A stretch of DNA of 64,000 nt from Malacoraja senta (taxonomy: Eukaryota): contig CM075990.1 in assembly GCA_038087875.1 (NCBI GenBank), forward strand, positions 17,796,001-17,860,000. The letters run 5' to 3'. Shown here in pieces: positions 27,036 through 36,787 of this stretch. Position numbers and translations under genes: made by a program. The stretch's first letter is position 1. Every line of letters begins with the position of its first letter. The notes under the pieces were generated by a model that was given only the letters and a program-made list of their open reading frames with translations, did no database searches and had not been told where the DNA came from.

Positions 27036-28373
27036 AGCCTAAAAATTGTGTTAGGAAAACGTGTATAGTACCCAGCTACAAAGACTGAATATTAAGTTCA
27101 CCATTTTCACATTAACATCTTTTAGACAACATATATTGATTATGAATTTTAAATCTTTATTAGGGCTCAAACATTGTGATTATAACCCAAATGTTTACTC
27201 GCGTAAGCCGCACCAAGGACACTCAAAACATATTTTTGAAACTCTGCCTTCTCAAATGAAAGCAAAACCCAACACGTTTTGGTAAATAATTCACAAGATT
27301 ATGTTTTGAAAATCAATTCTGAAGGTTACACCTATCTAGTCCAAACCAAGTTGGTTACATACTAATCTGCATCAAGCAGTGTTTTGGATTTCAGAAACAC
27401 ATGATTACAAATTCACTGCTTAAACAACGTTCAAATTAACAAATACATTTTTACTGCCAGTAACAAATAAACAAAGCTTCAACTGTTGGCCTGAAATGAC
27501 TGAATATTAACTGTCTTGCTCTATGTCGAGGTGAAGTCAGCCCTGTGAGAGTTTCCAATGCTTTTGTTTGTATTCAAAACCTCCAGTGCCCTCAGTATTT
27601 TGCTTTTGATAAGCCCCAACAACATCATCGAATATATCCCTGTAGTATTCACACTGTACATAAATAAAACACTTGCTAGGAACAATAAATAGCTGTAGCT
27701 TTTGATCAAAGTGTTAAAAGCTGAGAAAGTCGACCTATTATCTTTGATGCTGCCTGATTTGCTGAGTTTTTCCAACATTTGTTGTTTCTGTGACAACTCC
27801 TAAAACCTGTCTGCAGATACAAGAGACTGCTGGGTCCCTGTACATATCTGCCCACTCCCTCTACAGATGCTGCCCGACCCGTTGAGTTCCCCAGCACTTT
27901 GTTATTTTCGGCTATAACGTGTGTGGCTGTCGGTATAGCATCGGTGAATAGGCTTCACTATTTAATTTACTTAAATTTTAAATCAGGTCAGTGTTCCAGT
28001 TCCAGGATCAATTTCTGACAAAGCTCTGTGAATGTCTTGAGCAATCACATTTGTGCCAAAGTCTCCGGCAATAAACACGAGTAACACGTCCACTCACACA
28101 GGGGAGTGACCACTCCACCACCCGGCCTGTCACCAGCCCTACTGACCCCCGCCTCCCACCCACCTCTCGTCCCCCCACCCACCAGCCACCCCATCCCCAC
28201 CTCCCGTCCCCCCACCCACCCTGGTCTCCCTCTCCCCTCATACCCCTGACTCCCCAGTCCTCGACCTCTCTTAGCCCCCATCCCCTCCCCTGATCCCTTC
28301 ATCCCCAGAACAACCTCCTCTCCCCAATCCTCCTCACCCCCTGCCCGCCCGCAGGCGGCCGGCTGTCACTTAC

Positions 28374-28460
28374 CCCACAGGCCTGTTCCGTGACCGTGAC
28401 CGGGCCCGTCAAGCGCTCACTGCGGACCGGCCGTCCGGACAAGCCCGGCGCCGCCTCGTC
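28374..28460 (-). other. SAMD8: Probable non-coding first exon of SAMD8 in a CpG island
   Basis: Consensus donor GGG|GTAAGTG at 28373-28367, CpG-dense, GC boxes just upstream and G-skewed sequence downstream. The 5' end is approximate. Confidence 0.75.
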
Positions 28461-28494
28461 ACATGAGCCCCGCCTCCGCCTCCCTCCGCCAGCA
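28445..28494 (-). promoter_or_regulatory. SAMD8 TATA-less promoter elements: E-box TCATGTGA and Sp/KLF GC boxes
   Basis: TCACATGA at 28459-28466, followed by CCCCGCCTCC and CCTCCGCC repeats. Confidence 0.6.
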
Positions 28495-28724
28495 CAGCGC
28501 CCCCTGCAGCACCGGAGACAGACACAGCGCCCCTGCAGCACCGGAGACCCAGCGCCCCCTGCTGCACCGGAGACACAGCGCCCCCTGCAGCGCCGGAGAC
28601 ACAGCGCCCCCTGCAGCACCGGAGACAGACACAGCGCCCCCTGCAGCACCGGAGACCCAGCGCCCCCTGCTGCACCGGAGACACAGCGCCCCCTGCAGCG
28701 CCGGAGACACAGCGCCCCCTGCAG
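28495..28724. repeat. 26-bp minisatellite, 9 units (CAGCGCCCCCTGCAGCACCGGAGACA), each resembling a CTCF core motif
   Basis: Units start at 28495 and run to 28710. A 4-unit higher-order block (107/108 bp) occurs twice, followed by a final partial unit. Confidence 0.95.
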
Positions 28725-29839
28725 AGAATTCCACAGATTCACAACTCTCTGCGTGAAAAAGTTCCTCTTCATCTCAGTCCTAAATGGCCGACCCCTTATT
28801 CTTAAACTGTGACCCTGGATCTGGACTCCCCCAACATCGGGAACATTTTTCCTGCATCTACCCTGTCTAATACTCTAAGAATTGTATATGTTTCTATAAG
28901 ATACATAGATACATAGAAAATAGGTGCAGGAGTAGACCATTCGGCCCTTCGAGCCTGCACCGCCATTCAATATCATGGCTGATCATCCAACTCAGTATCC
29001 CGTACCTGCCTTCTCTCCATACCCCCTGACCCCTTTAGCCACAAGGGCCACATCTAACTCCCTCTTAAATATAGCCAATGAACTGGCTATAAGATCCCCT
29101 CTCAATCTCCTAAATTCTAGCGAGTATAAGCCTAGTCTATCCAGTCTTTCTTCATATGAAAGTCCTGACATCCCAGGAATCAGTCTGGTGAACCTTCTCT
29201 GCACTCCCTCTATGGCTATAATGTCCTTCCTCAGATTTGGAGACCAAAACTGTACGCAATACTCCAGGTGTGGTCTCACCAAGACCCTGTACAACTGCAG
29301 TAGAACCTCCCTGCTCCTATACTCAAATCCTTTTGGTATGAAAGCTAACATACCATTCGCTTTCTTCACTGCCTGCTGCACCTGCATGCCTACTTTCAAT
29401 GACTGGTGTACCATGACACCCAGGTCTCGCTGCATCTCCCCTTTTCCTAATCGGCCACCATTTAGATAATAGTGTGCTTTCCTGTTTTTGCCACCAAAGT
29501 GGATAACCTCACATTTATCCACATTATACTGCATCTGCCAAACATTTGCCCACTCACCCAGCCTATCCAAGTCACCTTGCAGTCTCCTAGCATCCTCCTC
29601 ACAGCTAACACTGCCCCCCCAGCTTAGTGTCATCCGCAAACTTGGAGATGTTGCCTTCAATTCCCTCATCCAGATCATTAATATAAATTGTAAATAGCTG
29701 GGGTTCCAGCACTGAGCCTTGCGGTACCCCACTAGTCACTGCCTGCCATTGTGAAAAGGACCCGTTTACTCCTACTCTTTGCTTCCACAGCTGGTACCTG
29801 TCGTGGGCCGCCGTCCTTCTAAATTCCAGCGAATACAAG
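28722..29839 (-). mobile_element. Composite young CR1 LINE (nested 3' fragment, 5'-truncated with a complex junction)
   Basis: ORFs 28992..29732 and 29605..29856 give CR1 RT motifs ([28 protein letters not shown]). An internal (ATACATAG)n tail lies at 28901-28917. Confidence 0.92.
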
Positions 29840-30182
29840 GTTTGGGAATGGTACATTCTGGAATCTCAACCAAGTGTAAGGCAGCCGTGGTTCACCGCTG
29901 GCGCTCACGCCAAACACACTCCAGTACTTTGGTAAAGATATGATGCGTTCGTGAATGGACGTGACGTGTCGGTCATTCATCAATCTCAGAGGTGGCAAGT
30001 TGTTCAGCCCAGACCTGAACCACAGAGCCAGAATCTTTGTGCGGATTTGTTTTGAGATATCGGATACGGACCGGGCGGGGTTTTGTTTTGGGTCGCATCA
30101 GGCGAACACTGGCACCTGTCATCAGGCGAGACTGACAGTGAGCAGGCAGCTCGGAGCAGCGACGGTGCCCCGACTTCAGGCC

Positions 30183-30334
30183 ATGTCAACGGCAGTGTCC
30201 GGGCCCAGTGGCCACCCCCCGCTGCCCGGCGCCGGGAGCCCCACAGTAGACGAGCTGGAGCGGCTCCTGCGCGACAACACAGTGGCGCTGAGTCGGGTGG
30301 ACGAGGTGTGGCCCAGTCTGTACATTGGGGACAT
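30183..30334 (+). CDS. DUSP13A: DUSP13A-like (MDSP) atypical dual-specificity phosphatase, coding exon 1
   Basis: GCCATG start, MSTAVSG...ELERLL...SRVDEVWPSLYIGD, donor |gtgagt at phase 2. Lies head-to-head with SAMD8. Confidence 0.88.
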
Positions 30335-30812
30335 GTGAGTGAGTGAGTGCGTGTCCAGGGGCGGCGGCAGAATGACTGATCCCCGCCTCGGGACCGGCTC
30401 ACCGCCCACACTGACCGGGCACAACAGGATAGACCACTCGGCCCTTCAAACTCAGGCCACCTGCTCCAGGCAGACCCCCCGCGGGCCCCATCCCCCCTCT
30501 GCCTCCCCGTATATCTGTAAATATCCCGCCGGCTTCGCCCAGTCGCGCCGAGAAGTGACCTGTCGCCTGTGTTTCCATCGGGTCCCAGGTCCCCAACGTC
30601 GGACGTTTCAAGGCAGGGCCGTGGGTCTGTTTGGGAGGGGGCATGCGGACGGGACAGGCGGGAAAGCCCCTCCGGTGCCGCCCCGCCCCATGTTCGTAAC
30701 CGAAACGTCTCAGAATGTGGAAACTGTCTCTGACCACTGTCTCTGACCTTTGCTTAACCTCTGACCTTTCCGGGACCTTTGCCTTAACCTGTGACCTCTG
30801 CTTGGCCTCCAG

Positions 30813-31030
30813 GACGGCGGCCCACGACAGGTACCAGCTGTGGAAGCTGGGCATCACCCACGTACTGAACGCTGCCCACAAACAGCTGGCATCCAGCGGC
30901 TGCCAAGACTTCTACGGGATCACCATGGATTACCGCGGCATCGCCGCCCGCGACCTGCCCCACTTTGACATCTCCGCCTATTTCTATTCCGCAGCTGAAT
31001 ACATTCACCAGGCAGTTGATGTTCTTGGAG
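30813..31030 (+). CDS. DUSP13A: DUSP13A-like coding exon 2
   Basis: 218 nt, [23 protein letters not shown]...DLPHFDISAYFYSAAEYIHQ. Splice sites ccag| and |gtaaga. Confidence 0.93.
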
Positions 31031-31772
31031 GTAAGAAACCATCCCCGCGTGCCACACGCACACATTGTTAACATGCAAGCTCTCTCTGTGTAAAGACTCT
31101 GTGCAGTCCATAAGGGATAGGAGCGGAATTAGGCCATTCGGCCCATCAAGTCTACTGTGCCATCCAATTATGGCTGATCTATACCTCCCTCAACCCCATT
31201 CTCCTGCCTTCTCCCCATAACTTCTGATCCACTACATTGGTGAGTTGTTGCCGAGTATCGGCGGGTTCACGATTAGATTGACAAACGAACATTATGCAAT
31301 CATAGAACCACCTACAGCGCGGAAACAAACCCTTCGGCCCATTTTGTCTATGCTGACCAAATTGGCATTCTGGATTAGTTCCATTTGCCTGCATTTAGTC
31401 CATATCCCTCTGGAGTCGACACCCTTCCCGTCCATGCTTATGTCGGACTACACCCTATCACAGACACGGGGAGGGATGTATGGAAGGGATAGGGCAGTAA
31501 GATTACAGAGATAATGTTCGGGGTCCCTATCTAAAAGCTGTCCCTATCGTATCTGCCTCCACAATAAACTAAACTAAAGTAAACGAAACTAAACCACGAC
31601 TCGTGGCGGTGTGTTCCAGCCACTGTGTAAAATGTGGTTATTTCCTGAGTTCACACATTATGGAACAGATATCATTTACTGGGCATTTACTGTCGGCTGC
31701 CGAGAATTCTTCTGACCGTTTGAACACGGAGGGATGTTGGTTGGAGTCACTACGCGCTTTGCTTTGTCTCAG

Positions 31773-31972
31773 GGAAGGTCTTCGTCCATTGTGCTTTCGG
31801 ATATAGCCGGGCGGCCACTCTGGCGCTGGCTTATCTAATGATCCACCAACGCCTCTCGCTGTGGGAAGCCGTCAGCAAGGTGGCGAAACACAGACGCATC
31901 TACCCAAACCGAGGATTTCTGAAACAGTTGCGGATCTTGGACACAAAATTACAGCAAGAAAGGAAGGTTTGA
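31773..31972 (+). CDS. DUSP13A: DUSP13A-like coding exon 3 (catalytic loop)
   Basis: [30 protein letters not shown]...[11 protein letters not shown]...KV*, with HCx5R intact. Protein totals 189 aa. AATAAA at 32254-32259. Not in the ORF track. Confidence 0.93.
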
Positions 31973-32319
31973 TTTAGTCATCTCTTTGCGGCTCAGTAAA
32001 TGTTGAGTAATTCTTGTCTGCAGTATGACTACTTTTTAACGATAACTCATTGTGGTGAAATAACTGATTGTGAGCAGAGACGCGCGAGTATTTTAGTGAA
32101 CTTCACACTCATTCTGTTGGTAAACACGCACGGTCCCAAACACTACTGGCGCAAGATTCTCACTTTACCTGGAACTAGACCAAGGAGCCGTGTCATTGTT
32201 GAAGTGTTTCTGCAATTGTAAAGAGTTGTTATTACCTGCAGACAATTAGTTTTAATAAAAGATAATTTTGTCGACTCAGCTGCGACTTTGCTTCTGATAT
32301 CCTGGCTTCTGATATCCTG

Positions 32320-32560
32320 GCTTCATGTACACGGGCGAGACCAAGCGGAGACTCGGCGACCGTTTCACTGAACTTCCCAAGGTTGCTACCTTTTACCCCC
32401 CCACCCCCTTCCCATTCCCACACTGGCCTTTCCGTCCTGGCCCGCCTCCATTGGCCACAAGCAAACTGGAGGAACAGCAGTTTGCAACCCAAATGTATGA
32501 ATGTTGAATTCTCCGATTTTAGGCAACCGTTCACAACACCCCCTCTGCCTCTCCCCTCCA
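32320..32560 (+). mobile_element. Penelope-like element fragment (GIY-YIG endonuclease region)
   Basis: YTGETKRRLGDRFTE matches the Penelope YIGET...L..R..EH motif. Confidence 0.7.
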
Positions 32561-32796
32561 CATCTACCCCACGACGCCGCCACGACCCGCTTGTCCGTCA
32601 GCTTCCTCCTCATGTCCACGCTGAGCGTCGCTCTGAGCCCCCGGGATCACCCGGACTTCGCCCTCCCCGGTCTGAACACGGTCCGGGTCAGTTGTCAACA
32701 GATCAGCGAGCCGCAGCTGTCTGCAAACGTCAAACCCAACGGGCGCCAGTGATCGGCGGCGAGAAGCGGGCAGAAACACGGAGAAAGCGGCGGGAC

Positions 32797-32954
32797 ATGG
32801 CGGCGACGTCTCCGCCCCAAGATGATCCCGGTCCCTCCACCGCCGGTGACCCGGGAACTCCCTCCATTCTGGAGCTGGAGACGGCGCTGGAGAGCAGCCG
32901 GGCGCCGCTGAACCACGTCGATGAAGTTTGGCCCAATCTTTACATCGGAGACCT
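32797..32954 (+). CDS. Second DUSP13-family paralogue, coding exon 1
   Basis: GACATGG Kozak context, MAATSPP...TPSILELETAL...NHVDEVWPNLYIGD, donor |gtgagt at phase 2. Confidence 0.88.
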
Positions 32955-33671
32955 GTGAGTACAAATGTTGTTTCGGGCGACCACCCGGTCTCGCCGCTCA
33001 CTCCCGTCCCACACACGCATTGTCCGTTCACTTTAAGCTGCTGCTGGGCGCCGGAGGGCAGAATGGCCGCGCTTCGCCTGCAGCGTTGTTGGGCCGGAGC
33101 TGTTCGCCCCATCTGTTAGCAAGCAAGTCCACAGCTAACGCGGGAGTCCATCAAAGTTCAGGACCGGCGGGTTCCATAAGTGATAGGAGAAGAATTAGAC
33201 CATTCGACCCATCAAGTCTACTCCGCCATTCAATCATGGCTGATCTATCTTTCCCTTTCAACCCCAATCTCCCTGTGGCCCGTGACACCTGTACTAATCA
33301 ACAATCCAGGAGGAGGGAACCTTGGATAACAACAGAGGCTCAAATGTGGTCAAAAGGGAAAACAAACCGATATCTGCGAGATTGAAGAGAATGTGATCAG
33401 ACTGGGCCTTTGGGGAGGAAGGAGAGAGGGGTATTGTTGAGTAATATTTAGTCACACATACAACACTCAGCAGCATATCAATTCTACCCTAACCATGCTG
33501 CATCACCAACTTACAGCACATGTCGGGCTGCGATAACATGAATGGTGTTTCATTGTCCCCGCTGCCGGCGAGAGGCCTGACAATGACAACTGTTGTAACG
33601 AGGCGCGGGGACGGACCAGGCATGTGAAGGTGGGGCATTGATAATGGGACCTCACTGTGTTCCCGACACAG

Positions 33672-33889
33672 GCTGGTCGCTCACGACAAGAAGTGGCTGC
33701 GGAGATTGGGAATCACACACGTGTTGAACGCGGCGCACAACAAGAGTGGCAGCAAAGGCGACGCCATCTTCTACGGCAGGAGGTTCCGGTACCGCGGCAT
33801 CGAGGCGGACGACTGCCCGCTGTTTGACCTCAGCCGCTATTTCTACCCGGCAGCGGAACACATGGAGGAGACGCTGCGGGATCCAGACG
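33672..33889 (+). CDS. Second DUSP13-family paralogue, coding exon 2
   Basis: 218 nt, LVAHDKKWLRRLGITHVLNAAH...YRGIEADDCPLFDLSRYFYPAAEH. Splice sites acag| and |gtgagg. Confidence 0.92.
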
Positions 33890-34009
33890 GTGAGGCAGCT
33901 TCTGTTGTTCACCCTGAGTGGCCGGAGCCGCTGGCAGAGTGACCAGCGGGGTGTCCGCGACCCTCAACCCTGTAGTTCGCTGCTAGCGGGGTCCGACCCG
34001 GAAAGGGGG

Positions 34010-34460
34010 CGTAGAACAGCACAGGAACAGGCCCTTCGGCCCACAGTGTCTGTGCCGATCATGATGCCAAGGAAACATCTAATGTACCTCCATATGCCCC
34101 ATTGCCTCTATGTGCATAAATGCCACCATGTATCTGCCGCGGCAGCACGGTCCAGGTACTCACCACCCTCTGTGTAAAAATACATTTGCACTGCACATCC
34201 CCTTAACCCCCTCCCCCCTCCCCCCTCCCCCCTCGTCTGATAACTATGCCCTCTAGGGTTACATATTTCTACCCTATCTACCGTATCTATGACTGCCATA
34301 ATTTGCAATACTTCTAACAAGTCTCCCCTCAACCCCCGACATTCCAGAGAAAACCCAAGTTTGTTCAACCTCTCCCTGTAGCTCAAACCTTGTAATCCGG
34401 CATCATTCCGGCAAACCTCCTCCAAAGCTTCCCCGACCACAACTGTACACAGTGCACCCA
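34010..34460 (-). mobile_element. CR1 LINE 3' fragment
   Basis: ORF 34108..34461 contains GLSYRERL..LG.SLE.R.LRGDL. Confidence 0.78.
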
Positions 34461-34708
34461 TGTCTATTGCGCCAGAGACCGCGCTGTCCGCCGCAGCCGC
34501 TCCGCAACTGGTTTAGGACCCGCCTGCCCAGTGGACAGGCGCTGGAAACAGGAACCCGGCAAAATCCGAGACAGCCCGTTAGAAATGCGACCAAGACTGG
34601 GGTCTCTAGTCGGCAGGCTCACCAGTAGCACAACAGCCGCCTGTAAGTTTAGAAAGCAAACTTTATTATTCAACTCAGTTCAGTCTGTCTGTAACTAAAC
34701 AATTCTCC

Positions 34709-34711
<3 letters not shown>

Positions 34712-34754
<43 letters not shown>

Positions 34755-34780
34755 GTATCTTTGTGTGTGTGTGTGTGTGC
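34712..34780. repeat. (TG)n / (TGTA)n microsatellite
   Basis: Directly visible, about 35 nt upstream of the acceptor at 34813. Confidence 0.95.
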
Positions 34781-34813
34781 GTATCTCTGCGTATCTCTCT
34801 GTGTGTCCCTCAG

Positions 34814-35094
34814 CGAGGCTGTTGGTCCACTGCATTCTGGGGATGAGCCGCTCGGCCGCTCTAGTGTTGGCCTACCTGATGATCTGTGGACAACGCTCTC
34901 TGCTCCACGCCATTCACAGGGTCATTCTCTACAGACCCATCTCACCCAACCGCGGCTTCCTGCAACAGTTACGCAACTTGGACATGGAGTTAAGCGCAAA
35001 GAAGCCGCAGCGTTTGCGGGAGGAGTTACATGATCCTGTGACGGTCGAGGGGTCGCTGTCCGTGGCTGCAGCGACCAAGGAGGCGACTGACTGA
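34814..35094 (+). CDS. Second DUSP13-family paralogue, coding exon 3 (catalytic loop)
   Basis: [24 protein letters not shown]...[11 protein letters not shown]...ATD*. Protein totals 218 aa. AATAAA at 35627-35632. Confidence 0.92.
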
Positions 35095-35264
35095 CTGACT
35101 GCCCGCAGTGACCCTGCGGTGACGGCCTCGTCGTGCATTTAACACCTGCGGGTTCACGATGCCACCTCTAGAATATCAGCAGTCACGTCCCCACCTCCAC
35201 CCCCCGGCCATTTATCTTCGCCCAAAGACCTTGCATTAAGCTGCAACCTCTGACAGTTGTAGAG

Positions 35265-35480
35265 TTATGGAGTGATACAGCACGGAAACAGGCCCTTCGG
35301 CCCATTGAGGCTGTGTCGACCGCCAATCGCCCATTTAATCGAATCCACTAATCTCCACGTTTTATTATTTTTGCCCACGCTCCCCCTCCCCCGGTCAGTT
35401 CACCTCCAACCCGCGTGTTTTGGGGATGTGCCAGGAAACCGCAGTCACGCAGAGAACTTGCAAACTCCACACCGACAGTG
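35265..35480 (-). mobile_element. Degenerate V-SINE fragment
   Basis: GATACAGCACGGAAACAGGCCCTTCGGCCC tail and GCAAACTCCAC motif. Confidence 0.65.
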
Positions 35481-36022
35481 AGCGGGTTCAGTCCTAACGA
35501 CAGCCGGGCGGACACGTCGGCCGTGAGGCTGCTGCCGGCAGTGGGGCAGCGACGGCGGGTTGTGTCGGGGTCCCGAGTGGACAGAGCACAATCGGTAAAT
35601 CTGAAACCTGTTGCTCGCGGCAGCGAAATAAACCAACTCGTATATCGACAGCTTCAATGTCATTCATTTAAACCGCCTTGTCTTCCGCCTGAAACAAAAT
35701 AATAAGTTTAATGTTTCTATCCAAGTGCGTGGAGTTTTACAAAGTGCGAGAGGAGGGCTCGCTGGGGGGGGGGGGGGGGGCCGCACTCCGCGCGTCTATG
35801 AATCAAACCACTGACTCTCATATTGACCCCGAGCATGGACAGGACAAGTTTGGGGAGGGAGGGGGTGGAGAGGAGAGAGGGTTGGATCGCGGATCATGAG
35901 CTGAAAGTCACCGTAAGATTTCAGTAAATCCGCCGCAGATATCAACTGTGATTCACTGCCAACGCGGATGGTCGGGCGGGTGTCGGCGGCGCTGATCTTT
36001 CGCTCTCCGTGACGCTCCCGAG

Positions 36023-36206
36023 GGCAGGTTTTCGTTCACTGTACGATGGGGATCAGCGGGGCAGCCATCCTGGTCCTCGCCTTCCTGATCAGTGAAGGGG
36101 TGACCCTGCTGGAGGCCATGACACAGGAACATCTGTCCGAGCCGCGGTTTCCTGGGCGCAGCTCCAGCAACTCGATCGAGCGCTGGCGAGGGAGGGGCGG
36201 CGATGA
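36023..36206 (+). pseudogene. Disabled DUSP catalytic exon, DUSP13B(TMDP)-like
   Basis: Reads GQVFVHCTMGISGAAILVLAFLISEGVTLLEAM, then ICPSRGFL, then QLQQLDRALARE...TGA, in three different frames (shifts near 36130 and 36158). The catalytic Arg is replaced by Gly, and no upstream exons are recognisable. Confidence 0.85.
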
Positions 36207-36569
36207 CCGAGCCTCTGTCACTTGGCTGGGCCGAGGCCACAAGGACATTCCACGGGCGGGGAATGAGGGGACAATGTCGGGGATGTTGTGACATTTCCCC
36301 AGAATGACCACGGGTTAGTGATGTGTTCACCCGCATTAAACCTTCATCTGTCAGTAATATTTCACCATCTGGTAAAGTTTAGTTGCTGCTAATTGGCCCA
36401 TTCCAACGATGTTTGGCTGAAAATGTGAAGTCAATGTCCGGTGCTGTTTCTTCATTGCGCTGCTGCCGGAGCTGCCGGGCCCGGGCGAGGGAGTCGATAT
36501 TCCCGTGGCTGATGGACACAGGAGCCGGACGCTGAGCGACAGCCTGACTCCACTGCGGACGAGTTGCTT

Positions 36570-36780
36570 ACTTTAGTTTAGGGATACAGTGCGGAAATTG
36601 TCCCCAGTGAGTAGGGATCATTTACACCAAGCCAATTAACTTGGAGTGTGGGAGGAAACCGAAGATCTCGGAATAAACCCACGCACGTCGGGGAGAACAT
36701 GCAAACTCCGTACAGACAGCACCCGCAGTCAGGAACCAGGGTCTCCGGTGCTGCATTCGCTGTTCGGCAGCAACTCTACC
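36570..36780 (-). mobile_element. V-SINE (HE1-like), interrupted near its 5' end
   Basis: GGGAGAACATGCAAACTCCGTACAGACAGCACCC family motif. Confidence 0.78.
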
Positions 36781-36787
36781 CCCCCCC

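Noticed and set aside
28495..28724. CRISPR-like array, or coding repeat (ORFs 28299..28772, 28390..28812 and others)
   Set aside because: Units are head-to-tail with no unique spacers, there are no cas genes and the context is vertebrate. The ORFs arise because a GC-rich repeat lacks stop codons.
29955..30182. N-terminal extension of DUSP13A from ATG 29955
   Set aside because: No DUSP-like sequence. ATG 30183 has a good Kozak context and gives a typical ~189-aa protein. It cannot be fully excluded without TSS data.
32383..32796. Long upstream extension of the second DUSP ORF
   Set aside because: Starts at a non-ATG codon inside a Penelope fragment. The first in-frame ATG in strong context is at 32797.
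35880..36000. Remnant of exon 2 of the DUSP pseudogene
   Set aside because: Only a faint SAADI-like resemblance, too weak to call without an alignment.
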